A stretch of DNA of 64,000 bases from Eledone cirrhosa (lineage: Eukaryota). The stretch spans positions 40,796,001-40,860,000 of the forward strand of contig OZ024740.1 in NCBI GenBank assembly GCA_964016885.1, given 5' to 3'. The notes beneath the pieces are model-generated. The model was not told the DNA's origin and did not search any database. It saw only the letters and a list, made by a program, of their open reading frames with translations. Below are positions 12,355 through 25,598 of this stretch, in pieces; within the stretch, counting starts at the first letter, position 1; each line of letters starts with the position of its first letter. The position numbers and the translations under genes are program-made.

Positions 12355-14123
12355 CATCATCATCATCATCATCATCAGGTTTAGCGTCCGTGTTCCACGC
12401 TTGCATGGGTTTGGACGGGGGTTTTCCCACTTGAGGCAAGAGTGGTTGTCTTGCTCGCATAGGACTGTCTGGCGGGTTTTCTACAGTTGGATGCCCTTCC
12501 TAACACCAACCACATTTACAGTGTGGGGCTGGGAGGTTTTTACCGTGTTGCCTACACGGCCACATTACAGCGTGGACTGTCTGGCGGGTTTTCTACAGCT
12601 GGATGCCCTTCCTAACACCAACCACATTTACAGTGTGGGGTTGGGAGGTTTTTACCGTGTTGCCTACACGGCCACATTTACAGCGTGGAGTGTGTGTTTT
12701 TTGTCGTGACACCTACACGATCTCATTTGTTTCGGCCTGGATGTTGTGGGACCAACATAACTTTACATTGAAAGGGGCGATGTGGGTGGGGTGGAGGTGG
12801 TGGGACGGGGGTGTGTTTTGATAGAGATGCCTACTGACTGTAGTAGGTTTTTACTTTGTATTTAGGTAAGGCGGGTCTTCTCTATTACTGAGTACCGCCA
12901 AAGGTCTCGGTCCAGTGACATTGTCTTGGAGAGGTGTAAGCGTGTGAGGTCGGAATTTATCAGCTCATCCCATGTTTTTCTGGGTCTGCCTACTCCGTGG
13001 CTACCGTCTATCTTTATTGCCCTGCACTTTGTTATACAGCTGTCGTCTTTCATGCGCATCACGTGACCATACCAACGTAGCCTTCTCTCGAGTAAACAAC
13101 ATCTGATCCCTCTTATTTCTAATTTTTTCCTTAGTTCGTTTATGCTTTGCCGTTCACGTATATTACTATTGCACATCCAGCGGAGCATGCAAGCTTCGTT
13201 CCTCTCTAGTCTGCGTATATCCTCTGCACACAATGCCCAGGTCTCACTGCCATGCAGCATTGCTGTTCGTATGCAGGCATCGTATAACCTGCCTTTCATT
13301 TTTAGGGAGAACCCTCTAGCGGCTAATAGTGGTATAAGCTCTCTGAACTTTTTCCATCCAGTTCTGACTCTAGCTACTGTACTTTCAGAGCACCCTCCCC
13401 CACTGCTGATTTTGTCACCCAGATAACGGAAGCTGTCCACTATTTCTATAGAACCCTCTGCGCAGTTGAAGGAGCTAGTATTTTGTGGGCACTTGCTGCT
13501 ACTTATTGCACCAGAGCACCGGCCACATGTAAAATCTATGTTCTTAGTTAGCTTACCTGTGATCCCACTACATCTTTTATGCACCCATACTTTGCATTTG
13601 GGACATAAAATGGAGTTTCTACCTACGCCTTTCCTACACACTGAGCATGGCCATTTCCCAGATGGGACCGCCGCCTTATTTTCTTTCCTACAAACTAGAA
13701 CTTTAGTCTTAGCCAGGTTAATTTTAAGGCCTTTTGATTCTAGGCCGTGCTTCCATGTTTGGAATTTCTTCTCTAGTTCGGTCATTGATTCAGCTATGAG
13801 CGTTAGATCATCTGCGTATAGGAGTTCCCATGGGCAGCCGGTCTTGAACTCCTCTGTTATAGCCTGAAGGGCAATAATAAATAGTAGGGGGCTAAGAACA
13901 GAGCCCTGATGGACACCAACTTTTACGCTAAACTCTTCACTATATTCGTTGTTAATTCTAACCTTACTGACTGTTTCTTTATACATGGCTTGTTGTAGCT
14001 CTCACAAGCCATTCGTCAACACCTAGTTTTCTAAGAGACCACCAGATAATGGAACGGGGGACTCTGTCGAAGGCTTTCTCCAAGTCGACGAAAGCTAAGT
14101 ATAGGGGTTTACTTTTAGTGTAT
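12355..14123 (-). mobile_element. Young 5'-truncated RTE LINE (RT with embedded PHD-like finger, 3'UTR, (GAT)n tail)
   Basis: ORF 12862-13986 has GVHQGSVLSP, YADD and FRYLG. Upstream FVDLEKAFDRV is separated by a 1-nt frameshift near 13990. Near-identical to 58370-60036. Confidence 0.95.
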
Positions 14124-15059
14124 TTTTTCAAAATCGCCAACTCGCTATTTCTGGGATGGCTGTTCCCTTCGGTATAAACTTTCTTTATTAAAATTGCGAC
14201 CACGCGAGTAAAATGAAACAAGTTGAAAATCAGCCGCAACATCACACAGAAAGTTTGAAATGAAAACAAACAGTATATCGATACACGTGAGTAACAAAGT
14301 GCCATCTAGTGATTCTCTATGACCAGTTCTTGTCTGATGACTCTGTAATAAACAGACAAAACTCCAGAGTAACAACACTCACGTTTTAGCCTTACAACCT
14401 CTGCCGCGTTCAAATGAACAACAGTTACAAGCCGAAAGGAAAACAAACGTGTGTACAAATTCGACACCAAACGAGGTAAACATTTTCAACTTTTCCCTTT
14501 TTTCGCATGAGTGTATGCTTTGTCTGAGACAACTTCAAAATATTCTTCAAGGAACTGGATTTTACCATTCCGTTGGATCACTTAACTCCCAGAGACATTC
14601 GAACGGATTTTACCATTTACAATCTTTGGAGAGGAATAACATCGGAGGTTAAAAAAAAAAAAAAAAAATTTAAAAGGATTGATTGTGGCAACAACGCAGG
14701 GAACCAACCTGGAGCTTGTATCACACAATTATACATTCCTCCTTAATGTACACTTACAATTTTTCAAAAACAAACCCCCCAAATATAAAATAAAAATAAA
14801 TAATTATAAATGGCGAGGAATCGCCACTAGCTTCACAAGAAAAGATTACACATGGCACCATCCCATCTCCCTCTGGAAATAACCTGAATCTATTTATAGT
14901 CAGCAGGTGTGACTGAAAGGTCAATCCATACTTCCATTCTATTTCACAGAATTAGAAGCTTTGACCACTTGATAGAATTCAGGACCAGTAATCTAATCAC
15001 TCTGTAATTGTAAACATCTTGTATCACTAACATTCAGGTTTTGATTTTACTGAAGTCTT

Positions 15060-18000
15060 GCCCATGTGTTTTTTTTTCTTCACACAAACTCACAATTTCG
15101 GTTTTTACTGCGGATTTACCCATGCGAACTATTACGCAAACTCACAGCCTTAGATTTTGTATTTCTAGCGTTTTTATTTTCCTTCTCTTTGCATGTTCAG
15201 TGTTCTTTCTCTCCCACTGTATTTATCTGCCTCTCACATGACCACACTCACCTCCCACGCACTCATAATCTTCTCACCCCTTCTCTACTTTCTATCCCTC
15301 CCCTTGCTCATCCCTTACTTCGTCCTCGCGCACAGCCCACCTAGGTATTCATTCAACCCGTCGGTGGCCCGATGTTTCGACCGAACTATCACCAGCGATT
15401 GCCGATTACTAACGTTGCCACCACTTTAACCTAGTCCACTCTAGGTGGCGGTGGCATGCGTCGAACGACCAAGAGACTTGCTTGGTGGAACGATTATGTG
15501 ACAAACGGTCAGCCTTCAACCTCTCATTCTCCACCACTGCGGCACGCACGAGAGGAGCTAACTTGCTCCCACCTACCCCCTCCTCTTCACCGCAGATTCC
15601 GAACAAATCCAACCCGACCAACCACACCATCCCTACAACTGTTAGCCCACCACCCAACCTCCACTCTAGTCCCACCGTTAGAACCACTGCTGTCTCCTTT
15701 ACTGACTCACTCCCTCCACCAAATTCCAACGCTGGCCCTCTACTGCCGGCTGCTGCCAGCCCACCACCTGATTGCGCTCTCTGTGCCCGCATTAGCCGAA
15801 ACTTAAAGACAATTAAATGTCACCTATGCCACGCAAGCTACCACAGAAGCTGTGTCGGCATCACCAAAGCTCCATACTGGACCTGTAATCGGTGCCACTT
15901 CAGCTCCGACGCATTCCGTGGGGATGCCCCACGCTTTGATGACCAACTCTCTACCGACGACTTTACCACAGCCCTCCAGGGCTTCTCCAAATCTAAGCTC
16001 ATTAACCGGATCTCTAGGGGAGCTCGGAATAGCTTTGCACGTGCCCTCTGTAATTTACTGAAAAACGTTTGCTCGTCCAACAATAGGTCTGACTGGCAGA
16101 AATTGTTTTTGTTTTCTCTCATCTCTCTTCACGTGCACAATGCGAATTCGGGTTCCCTCACGTCCTCTCTCAAGCGGCAGTTCCAGCTGTTTGAGTCCAC
16201 CCCAACCACGTCTCATCTCAGTTTGACACCGAGCTCGGTGTACCCCAACAGACAACCGGTAGACCTCAAGTGAGCGGTCAATGCCAAATTCAGCCAATTT
16301 GACATTAAAGGAGCTGTCCGTCTCCTCTCTTCTCTGTCTTCCCTTGCTCCGTGCAACTCTGATTCTCTTGAGCGTCTGAAAGAGAAGCACCCATCGGCAC
16401 CCTCAGATGATCAGATACACTGGCCCGAACCACCAGAATACTTGAGACCGGTTTACACCACCGATATCATCAGAAAGGCGATTTCATCCTTCCCCGTTGA
16501 GTCATGCGTGGGAATTGACGGCCTTCGTCCTCAACGCCTCAAGGATGGTATCTCCTTATCGGCCGGTGACGCCAGACTCGAGCTCTTGGAGAGTCTGACT
16601 CAGTTTGTGAATCAGTTCTCTTCAGTGAACGTTCTCCCGTTCATCCGCCCACTGTTCTTTGGTGCAAAGGTATTTGGTCTCACCAAGCCCAACAGGGACC
16701 TGCGCCCCATTGCGGTTGGTTGCACTACTCGCCGCCTCACTGTAAAGGCGTGTTTGCTGTTGGTCTCCGACTCACTGGCGGAGGAATTTTCCCCCATCCA
16801 GCAGAGGGTGGGTACCAGGTTGGGATGTGAGGCTGCTGCTCACGCTGGCAGAGCATTTACCAACTTGCCCTCCTCGTCCCCCAAGGTCATCCTTAAACTT
16901 GACCTCAGGAATGCCTTCAACTCCATCAGCCGCGACATTGTCCTTGGCTCAGTAAGAGAGAGGGTCCCACAACTCTACCACTTTACTTGGCAGGCTTATC
17001 GGGAGCCCTCCTACCTCTCTTTCGGTGACCAGATCATCACCTCTGCCTCAGGAGTCCAACAGGGTGACCCACTCGGGCCCGCACTGTTTGCACTGGGCAT
17101 TGATTACATCACCAAGATGGGGGTTGAGTTGGACCTCAATGTCTGGTACCTCGACGACGCCTGTTTGGGGGGAACTCCGGATATGGTTCTTGCCACTGCC
17201 AACAGGATGGTGGAGGAGCTTGGCTGCTGGGGTCTGCAGATCAATAGCTCCAATGTGAGCTCTGGATCCTCAACCACCCGGCTTCTCAATACCAACAACT
17301 GATCGACTTGTTCGCAGAGTCCTTCCCTTCCATCATGGTCCCTCCCCCGTTGGCCTTGAACAGCTGCTGAGGAATATCGAAGTTATCAAACCCCATCAAG
17401 GTTTCTTTATACTCAGGAACTACGTGTCTATTCCTAAGCTTCTGTATCTGCTCAGGGTCAGCCCCTCTTACAGATTTCCGTCCTGCCTCCAACGCTTCGA
17501 CGACCTAATCTTCAAGAGACTCGAGTGTCTGGTCAATGTTAGACTCTCTCCGGAGTCCCGCGATCAGGCTGCGTTGCCCAAGCGATTTGGGGGTCTTGGT
17601 CTTTGTAAGTGTTTGTCCCTCTCTCTCCCCTGCTTCCTTTCCTCCACCCACGCTTGCTCCACCCTGGTGAGCAGCATCCTCTCCTCTCCAATATGGACTA
17701 GTTCCAACAGGGAGTAGGGTGAAGCTCTCCAGCAATGGAGTGAGTTGGGCTTGTCTCTTCCTGAGAAGGTGGAGGACAGTCGAAGTCAGAGAACTTGGGA
17801 CAGCATAAGTTCGAAAGCCACCTTCGACTCCCTCTTCGTCCAGTCAGATCAGTTTGCAAGGTGCCGCTTACTATCTGCCAGCGCCAAATACTCAGGTGAC
17901 TGGGTCGATGCCCTACCCGTGGCCAACGTTGGTGGCCTACTCAGCCTGGTCGAACTTCGTGTCTCCATCACCCTCAGAGTGGGAGCTGATGCCTGCATGG

Positions 18001-18850
18001 GTTTGAGGTGCTGATGCGGCAAACTCCTCGACTCTACAGGCCTCCACGGTCTTTCTTGCCACCTGAATGTCGGCCGCTTCGCGTGTCACACGGAGCTAAA
18101 CCTCATTCTGAAGAGAGCTTTGGCCCGGGCGAATATCCCCCTCAGTCTTGGAACCATCTGGGTTGTCTAGAAGTGACAGCAAAAGACCTGACGGCCTTAC
18201 CCTGTGACCCTGGTCGAGAGGCAGGTGCCTTGTCTGGGACGTCACTGTTAGTGACTCTTTTGCTCTTTCCCACATCCTGGATGCTGCGGTTAGGACGAGA
18301 CCCACAGCTTCTGCAGCGGAGTGGAGTAAGACCCTCAAATACTCTGATCTGTTGGCCAGCTACATTTTTCAGCTTGTGGCTTTCGAAACGTTTAGAAGAG
18401 TCGGGCCGCTGACTGCAAGGTTCCTTTCCTCACTGGCGGCTCACCTAACAGAGGTAACTGGCGAATTTCGCGAGGGTGCTTGGCTGTTTCAGTGCATCAG
18501 CCTCGCCATCACCCGAGGCAACGCTACGAGTGTGCTGGCTTGCCTCAAAATTCATTAGAGAGGTTGCCCAGTACTCGCGACATTGCTGTCTTTTGCTCTG
18601 GTGTTGGCTCCGTTGTTCACCCCTTCCTTTACATTTTCTTTAATATTGTAACATTAAAAGAATATATCTTTCATTGTATCATCCTTTATAGTGTTACCGA
18701 AGCATTTATAATGTTATTTATGTATATATTTAAAACATATTTGTTATGTTATTCTACTGTAAATTTATTTATATGCTCTGTTTATATTTTCATTCTGAAG
18801 GAATTGCAAACGATTTGTAATGTTGTTTGTGCAACTATGAATAAAAATAT
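15060..18850 (+). mobile_element. Near full-length, frameshifted CRE-clade (RLE-type) non-LTR retrotransposon
   Basis: N-terminal PHD finger (CALC..CHLC..H..C..CNRC), RT (LRPIAVG, LDLRNAFN, GVQQGDPLGP, WYLDD), GGLG, a C-terminal Cys/His zinc-knuckle region and a KRPDG..WDVT restriction-like endonuclease; GC-rich relative to the host. Confidence 0.85.
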
Positions 18851-19971
18851 TTTTATGTGATGAACTAGTTGTGTGGAAAAGACTTCTGACAGTTGTTTTG
18901 TCATTTTATTCTAAAGTATCTGCTCTCTTGTCTATCCACACCAACTTTTTTAGTCTAAAGTCAGTCTCGAGCCCATAGGCTTATCCTGGTTTCCATGGCA
19001 TTAAGCAACTGAGAGTACAAGACTTTTTCCTGTCCAATACAGGGTTAAACCCCTGCTACTGATGGTACTCATTTTCAGCTGAATATACTTGAGCAATGAA
19101 AAACGAAGAGGTTTTGTTCAAGAACACAACCCACTTACTGTTAGGCCACACATCTTAACATAAAATTACTAGTAGTATTGTAGCGAAATCTGTCCGCACC
19201 TTGAACCTTGGGTGACACCTAAAGGTCAAATTCTGGGTCATCACCCTTTTGGTGTGAACAGGTTGGGAGACAGGAAGTGACAGCTATATATAGAGCCTGT
19301 ATCATCCTACTTTAGCCAGAGACATCGGAGCATTACGCTAGCAACTAACTATGTAAGGATTCACTGCTATCAACAGACCCTAGTGGTCTACAGAAATAGA
19401 GACATTGGAGCACCCCACTACAGAACAAGCTATGTGAAAGATTCACCACTATCAACAGACCCCATGAGGTCTACAGATACACACAGAGAGATTGGAGCCC
19501 TACTACTACAGACCATGTACAAGCCACAGTGGTCTACAACCAATTACAGACCATTCAGAGGTATACAAACCATTACTCTCTCTTACTCACTATGGTCTCA
19601 ACTATTACCACGGACTCCAACAACAACAATATAATCTGTTCGCTCGCTGTTTTCATATCAACAACAATAACAAAATTAACAACTCTTGGTAACTGTTTTA
19701 TATGTACTTTTTAATTGATTCACGTGAAGTAAACCATATATATAAACCAATCTTTATATTCTCATTATTACACCTATTCTTATTATACTTGTTATTTCAT
19801 CTAACAACTTTGTTAATCCATCTAACAATAACTATTTCTTATTTATTCCCTTCGTTAAAGTATTATGTTAGTATTTTACTGAAAATTAACAAAGTTTTGC
19901 ATTTTTCTGGTTTGAAGAAATGTATATGCCTAAGAAGTGTAGAACAGTGTTCCATAAAAGTAATATAATTC

Positions 19972-20408
19972 TCATTCTTGTTTATTTCCAGTATAAGCAG
20001 TAATAATTTGATATGTTCTAAATCTATATCTTACATGTTTTACATAAACATTTTCAAACTTATTCTGTTTGAGTGCATCCAAATAAAGTTGAAGGTCTGG
20101 ATTACCATATTTTAATAAGCCCATCTTTGCTGCAAATATTACAGAATTTTCTTGAATACCGGTAACTATGAAGCTGTTAGGCTTTAAAACACGATATAAC
20201 TCTCGAGTACTTATATTCAAATCTGGCCAGTAATAGAAACTATTGCAATGAAAGATCCGATCAAAGTTGTTTGAATCAAATGGCATATCCATAACACTTC
20301 CGAGATATATTTCCACTTGATTTTTGGAGATACCTTCACTCATTCGTTTGCTAACCTCTTCTATTATGTAAGGCGATATGTCCAATCCAACCACTTTACC
20401 TTTACCAT
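19972..20408 (-). CDS. Methyltransferase terminal coding exon
   Basis: Acceptor TTTGCTTTTTAG; extends ORF 19972-20394 to its TGA. Confidence 0.9.
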
Positions 20409-22920
20409 CTAAAAAGCAAACATATTAGACATATTAAAAAATATTTAAAATTAGAGATAAGTATTGATTAAGCACTTCAACTTATAGCTCCCATAGATAG
20501 ATATAAAACACTAAATTTTGTGTAGTATTCATACTAAATCTATAATGAATGGACTGATATTTGAAACACTTCTTTTTAAGAAGTTGTTCTCTGCAATTGA
20601 TAGAATATATTTACTATAAGTTTAGATAATAAAGTTTAAATGGCCTAGAAGTATCAAGAAAAGAGGCCCTTCCCTCCCCAAAATGAATGTACCCAAAGGG
20701 TTGTAGCCTGAGTGAGACAGGGTGGAAAAAGTTGAGAGCTGTTACCTCAACTTGCAACAAAGGGCTTCTCTCTCAGAGTGAAAGGCAGAGTATATGTTGC
20801 TTGTGTTTGAACTACTATGTTACATAACAGTGAGACATGGGCTTTAAGTGTAAAAGATCTATGGTGAATAAGAAGAAATTAGGCATGCACACTCCACTGG
20901 ATGTGTAATGCCTAATTTCTGACAGAGCACCAGTGATGTAAGAGAAAACTGAATCTTCTTCTTTGCCCACTTATTCCTGGAAGAGTCCTCAAGCATGCCT
21001 TCCTGTCAGAAGCAATCATCTCCAATTGATCTGGCTGAACCCTCAAGGAAGACAAGCCAAACTCATGGGTGTTATCCATCTTGTTCAGGTTCTACCTGTG
21101 GGTCTCCTGCCAGTTGGTTTTTGCCAATAAAATCTTTTCAGTGATTCTTTCCTGAAACATTTTGACCACATGTCTGTAACATCAGAACTGTGATATCTCA
21201 ATTCAGAGAAATAGCAGCTCTACCTGCAGCGACTCCTTCATCTCCAAGCTACATACTCTATTGAGTAACGTTGCTCCAAAGATCTATCGGAGGATCCCAT
21301 TTCAGCCGCTTGTATTAAAAAAAGCTGAATATCTATCTCTATCTAGGGCGGGAAAAATTCCCGAATGTAGTGTGTTAGAAGATGATTGTGCTGGTGTGGT
21401 CATGTGATGTGTAAGGAGAGCAAGAGTTGTTCAGAAATGTGCTAAGAGGATGAAGTTAATGAGAACCGTATGGCCTCAAGTACTTGTGTTGTGTTGATGG
21501 TGATGATGATGATGATGATTATGAGGGTGATGAGGAGGAAGATAATTACAATCAGACTTACTTTTAATTTTATCATATGCTGCTGAAAGTCCTTTACCTG
21601 GTCCAAAACCGACTTCAAGAACTTTATGATCAGGTTGAATGTGAGAGTTTTCAACACATAATACTTCTAAAGATTTCCATACAAATGCTAAAGTATTCTA
21701 AAAGTAACAACAATAAAAGTTTGTTAATGTTTAATTCAATAAAGTCAGTCAATTTTAGTTTGGCCTTGGGTACTAAACCAAAAATGTTGTATGTAACATG
21801 GTGGAGCAATGTATGTACATGGGCGGTGGTACTGGGGAGGGGGGGGGGGGGGGCTCCTGCTCCCCCCTCCTAATAATTATATTCTTCTCTCCAAACTACC
21901 AAAACACATTTATTTGTATATGCGCTACAATTTATGTACATGTTATGTTATTCGCATATCAAAGTTTTTTTTATATCTTGGTTGATATTTAATGATAACA
22001 GCTAAACTAATCACTACAACTAAATTGACCAGATTGCCCCCCCCCCCCCCTTCAAAAATGGTTCCACTACCCCTGATGTAGTTATTGCATATGTGAAGTG
22101 GGAAATATATATATATATAGAAAACTTACGTAGATTAGAAAGAAACGAAGCTCCGATGGATGTGTAATAGTAATATACGCGAACAGCAAAGCATAAACAA
22201 ACTGAGAGACTGAGCATCAGAGGAATCAAATGCTGTGTGCAGGAGAGGAGGATGCGTTGGTATGGACATGTGATGCGTATGATGGATGACAGCTGCATAA
22301 AAAGGTGCAGAGCGAACCTTGTCCAATTGCACCTCAACAATGATGACACAGAACCATGACCTCTGGCATCATGCAGTAATACAGAAGACCCGACTTCCCA
22401 TGGGAACAAGCCAAAGCATATAGACAATATTCCCCCATCCCCTCTCACTGCAAAGTGGTCGTGGAGGTGTCACAACAAAAAAGCACCCAGACTACACTGT
22501 AAAGTGGACATGTAGGCGCCACGGAAAAAAAAGCACCCAGCACTCATTGTAAATGAGGTTGGTGTTAGAAAGGGCATCCAGCTGTAGAAATGAAGCCAAA
22601 ATCAGTTCCCATATGAGCAAGACAAGGTCACCCAACCTAACATTGCCCACAACAGGACAACCCGTCTAACCCATGCTAGCGTGGAAGAATGGACGTAAAA
22701 CGGTGATGATGATGATGACATACAAGGAAAGAGAGAGAGAGAGAGAGAGAGAGAGTGGTATATATGAGTATATATAGAAATGAACAATGTAACATTATTG
22801 TTGTCAAGGAAAATATTTGTTATAAAACAGTAAATAAATACATACCTTAATATACCAGCCCGTAAAAGATTTCTGTGGTGCACACGCATTTTTAGCCAAC
22901 TTATCCATAAACATTTTCAT
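19972..22920 (-). CDS. Class I SAM-dependent methyltransferase, YdaC-like / Methyltransf_11-25 type (215 aa; exons 22920-22846, 21697-21562, 20408-19972)
   Basis: Spliced product MKMFMDKLAKNACAPQKSFTGWYIK|NTLAF...VLEVGFGPGKGL...|NGKGKVVGLDIS...MPFDSNNFDRIFHCNSFYYW...LYRVLKPNS. SAM motif I present, GT-AG sites in phase, in-frame stop upstream of the ATG. Confidence 0.9.
21562..21697 (-). CDS. Methyltransferase coding exon 2 (SAM motif I VLEVGFGPG)
   Basis: Acceptor TTACTTTTAG, donor GTAAGT, 136 nt. Confidence 0.9.
22118..22719 (+). mobile_element. RTE LINE 3' fragment (second subfamily)
   Basis: RRLERNEA..IRGIKCCVQERRMRWYGHV, 3'UTR and (GAT)n tail; same subfamily as 56521-57320. Confidence 0.8.
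22846..22920 (-). CDS. Methyltransferase coding exon 1
   Basis: ATG at 22920, donor GTATGT. An acceptor at 22982-22981 implies a further upstream non-coding exon. Confidence 0.8.
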
Positions 22921-23349
22921 ATTTTGTAACTGACTGTACTTTTTGTGTTTCTGGTAGGTTTAAAGCCAGCAATACAGCAACTGGGTATAAAGGTTATTAA
23001 AATATTCAACGTTTTAAAAAAATGTTCTCAACTTTATAAAATAACACAGACCAAATATATATTTAAATTGTTAATTAGGAGCTAACATCTATCTAATTTG
23101 TAGAAAATATAACTATGCTCCATATTCAAATGTGGAGACTCCTTTGATTTATATTTATTTTACATTACACTTATGACAGGGGAAAGTCTTAATTTATTTT
23201 TACATTGCATTGTGAAATATGACATCAGCCAATTATATTACAGCAATGAAAACAAATGTTTTATAACTGAGAGAATCACAAATGATGTGTCAATTGATAT
23301 ATCAGGCATGATTCCTTATCATCACTGTATAAAGAGACACTGTAGTCAA

Positions 23350-24140
23350 ACATGCAGATAGTACATGGTGTGGACAACAGATGTTACAAGATGTGGACAA
23401 TGAATTATACAAGAAGTGAACAGCAGATGGTACAAAATGTGGACAACATGGTACAATATGTGGACAATAGATGGTACAATATGTGGACAGCAGGTTGTAC
23501 AATATGTGGACAACAGATGGTACAATATGTGGACAATAGATGGTACAATATGTGGACAGCAGGTTGTACTAGATGTGCACAACAGATAGTACAATATGTG
23601 GTTAACAGATGGTACAATATGTGGACAGCAGGTACTAGATGTGGACTACACGGTACAATATGTGGACAGCAGGTTGTACAATATGTGGACAACATGGTAC
23701 AATATGTGGAGAACAGATGGTACAATATGTGGACAGCAGGTTGTACAATATGTGGACAACAGACAGTACAATATGTGGACAACAGATGGTACAATATGTG
23801 AACAGCAGGTAGTGCAAGATGGGGATAACAGATGATACCAGATGGTGCAAGATGTGCACAACAGATGGTACAATATGTGCACAGCAGATGGTGCAAGATG
23901 TGCACAACAGATGGTGCAATATGTGCACAACAGATGGTGCAAGATGTGCACACCAGATGGTGCAAGATGTGGACAACAGATGGTGCAAGACGTGCACAAC
24001 AGACGGTACAATATGTGGACAATAGATGGTGCAAGATGTGCACAACAGATGGTACAATATGTGGACAACAGATGGTACAATATGTGGACAGCAGGTAGTA
24101 CAAGATGTGGACAGTAGCTGGTACAAGATGTGGACAACAT
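23350..24140. repeat. Minisatellite, ~23-bp unit (ACAACAGATGGTACAATATGTGG)
   Basis: More than 30 degenerate tandem units; accounts for the stacked Cys/His-rich ORFs. Confidence 0.95.
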
Positions 24141-24899
24141 ATGGTCCCAGCTGCAGTGTGTTCAGCTCACAATCAGAAGTTCATAAGTTCAATTTCCTGT
24201 GGTGTGTTGTGTTCTTTCGTAAGATACTTATTTTACATTGCTTTAGTCCACTGAACTGACAAAAATGAGTTGTACCTGTAATTTAAAGGAGCCAGCTTTA
24301 TCACTCACTGTGTCGTGCTGAATCTCCCTGACAACTATGTTAAGGGTCCAAAAGTCAGTTACTTGCATGTTAATTTTCTGAGCAGGCTGTTCCATTGTAC
24401 AAACAACTGCAACACTTATTGGAACTGACAAATCCACAACCCACATTCATAGCTATAAAAATATAAATGCTTCTTTTTGTGTTAATATCTCAGAATTATT
24501 CTTTACATATTCTTCTCTGATTTATGTATCTTTCTATCTTCCTTTCTCAGTTCAAAGTTTTCCAATTAGATATATGCTTACATAAATTGATCAAACTATC
24601 ATTTTAAAATAAGTGTAAACTGATTACTCGTGGGGATTTCTATATTCTGATGATCTAGTCCTCATAGCTAAATCTGTGGCAAAATTAGAGAAGAAATTCC
24701 AGACCTTTTGTGTATTATACACCAAGCATGTATATAAAATAAAAATACATTAAGTGCTTTTTTCAAATCTTTATTATTTATCCTATATATACACACATAT
24801 ATAATAATTATAAAAACCTATATATACTTTGGGCTCGAGTTATAGCAGGACACACAGAGCAAATACTCCAGGTCCACCCATCTGTGAGGCCTCCTGGCA

Positions 24900-25455
24900 A
24901 GATAGATGCTGGGCTTTTTGGTTTTATCTCCTAGTCTCACCAGAACAATATTTCTATATTCTATAAAGAAAAAATTTTTTGAAACACAACAAATTATAAA
25001 AAGATACTTACTGGGGCCCAAATCCACAAACAAATTCCTAAACCCACTGTTACCAAATGCAGAAGAACAAACTAGGGTACTTGCTAATACCTAACTGGAG
25101 GACCAGAATTCAAATTTAAGTATGTACAAATTTTCAGGATAAAAGAAAATTTCATCTGCAGCTTGGAGAACCTAATCTATGTGATTACATGCTGTGATGT
25201 TTGCAAAAATTACATAGGACAAACAGGAGTATCGTTATGCTAAAGAATGACCATACACCACCAACAAATCTGTGATGAAAACATGAGACAAATCACCTTA
25301 ATAAGTAGTCACATTACAACATGTGCAGGAATGGACTTACCCAACTTCAACATTTTCCCAATCTAGAAAGCTCAGACTTTTTCACTCAACAATAGAGAAT
25401 AGATTAAAAAAAAAATAATTCATTAAAAAATATAAACCGCAATTAAATATGTAAT
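24900..25455 (+). mobile_element. Penelope-like element fragment (GIY-YIG endonuclease, pseudogenized)
   Basis: Translates across frameshifts to NLIYVITC..CKNYIGQTG..RMTIHHQQI..SHITTCA..NFNIFPI. Confidence 0.75.
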
Positions 25456-25527
25456 TGTCCTCCATTAGGTAATAAATAATGGTTTATAGATGGGAACACT
25501 AAAAATAATGGAAAAAGCTGCTGGATA

Positions 25528-25598
25528 GGTTCATTGGCGTAATGGTAGCATATTCGTCCGGCAAACAAGATGTGTGGGTTCGAATCACGTGCTGATAC
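25528..25598 (+). other. tRNA-like Pol III module (SINE head or pseudo-tRNA)
   Basis: A box TGGCGTAATGG and B box GGTTCGAATC at tRNA spacing; acceptor and anticodon stems imperfect. Confidence 0.5.

Noticed and set aside
13142-13867. Plus-strand ORFs of 94 and 133 aa, repeated at 59158-59883
   Set aside because: Antisense shadows of the RTE ORF.
14124-15050. Unique-looking CpG-containing segment between the RTE and CRE elements
   Set aside because: No coding, terminal-repeat or RNA motif that I can support.
21830-22075. G-run and C-run pair suggesting a G-quadruplex or MITE
   Set aside because: Likely a degenerate MITE; termini and TSD could not be defined.
23302-24259. Stack of Cys/His-rich ORFs and a CRISPR-like periodicity
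   Set aside because: A contiguous 23-bp minisatellite without unique spacers; the ORFs arise because the unit lacks stops; eukaryotic context, no cas genes.
25528-25598. Functional tRNA gene
   Set aside because: Acceptor and anticodon stems do not pair properly; kept only as tRNA-like.
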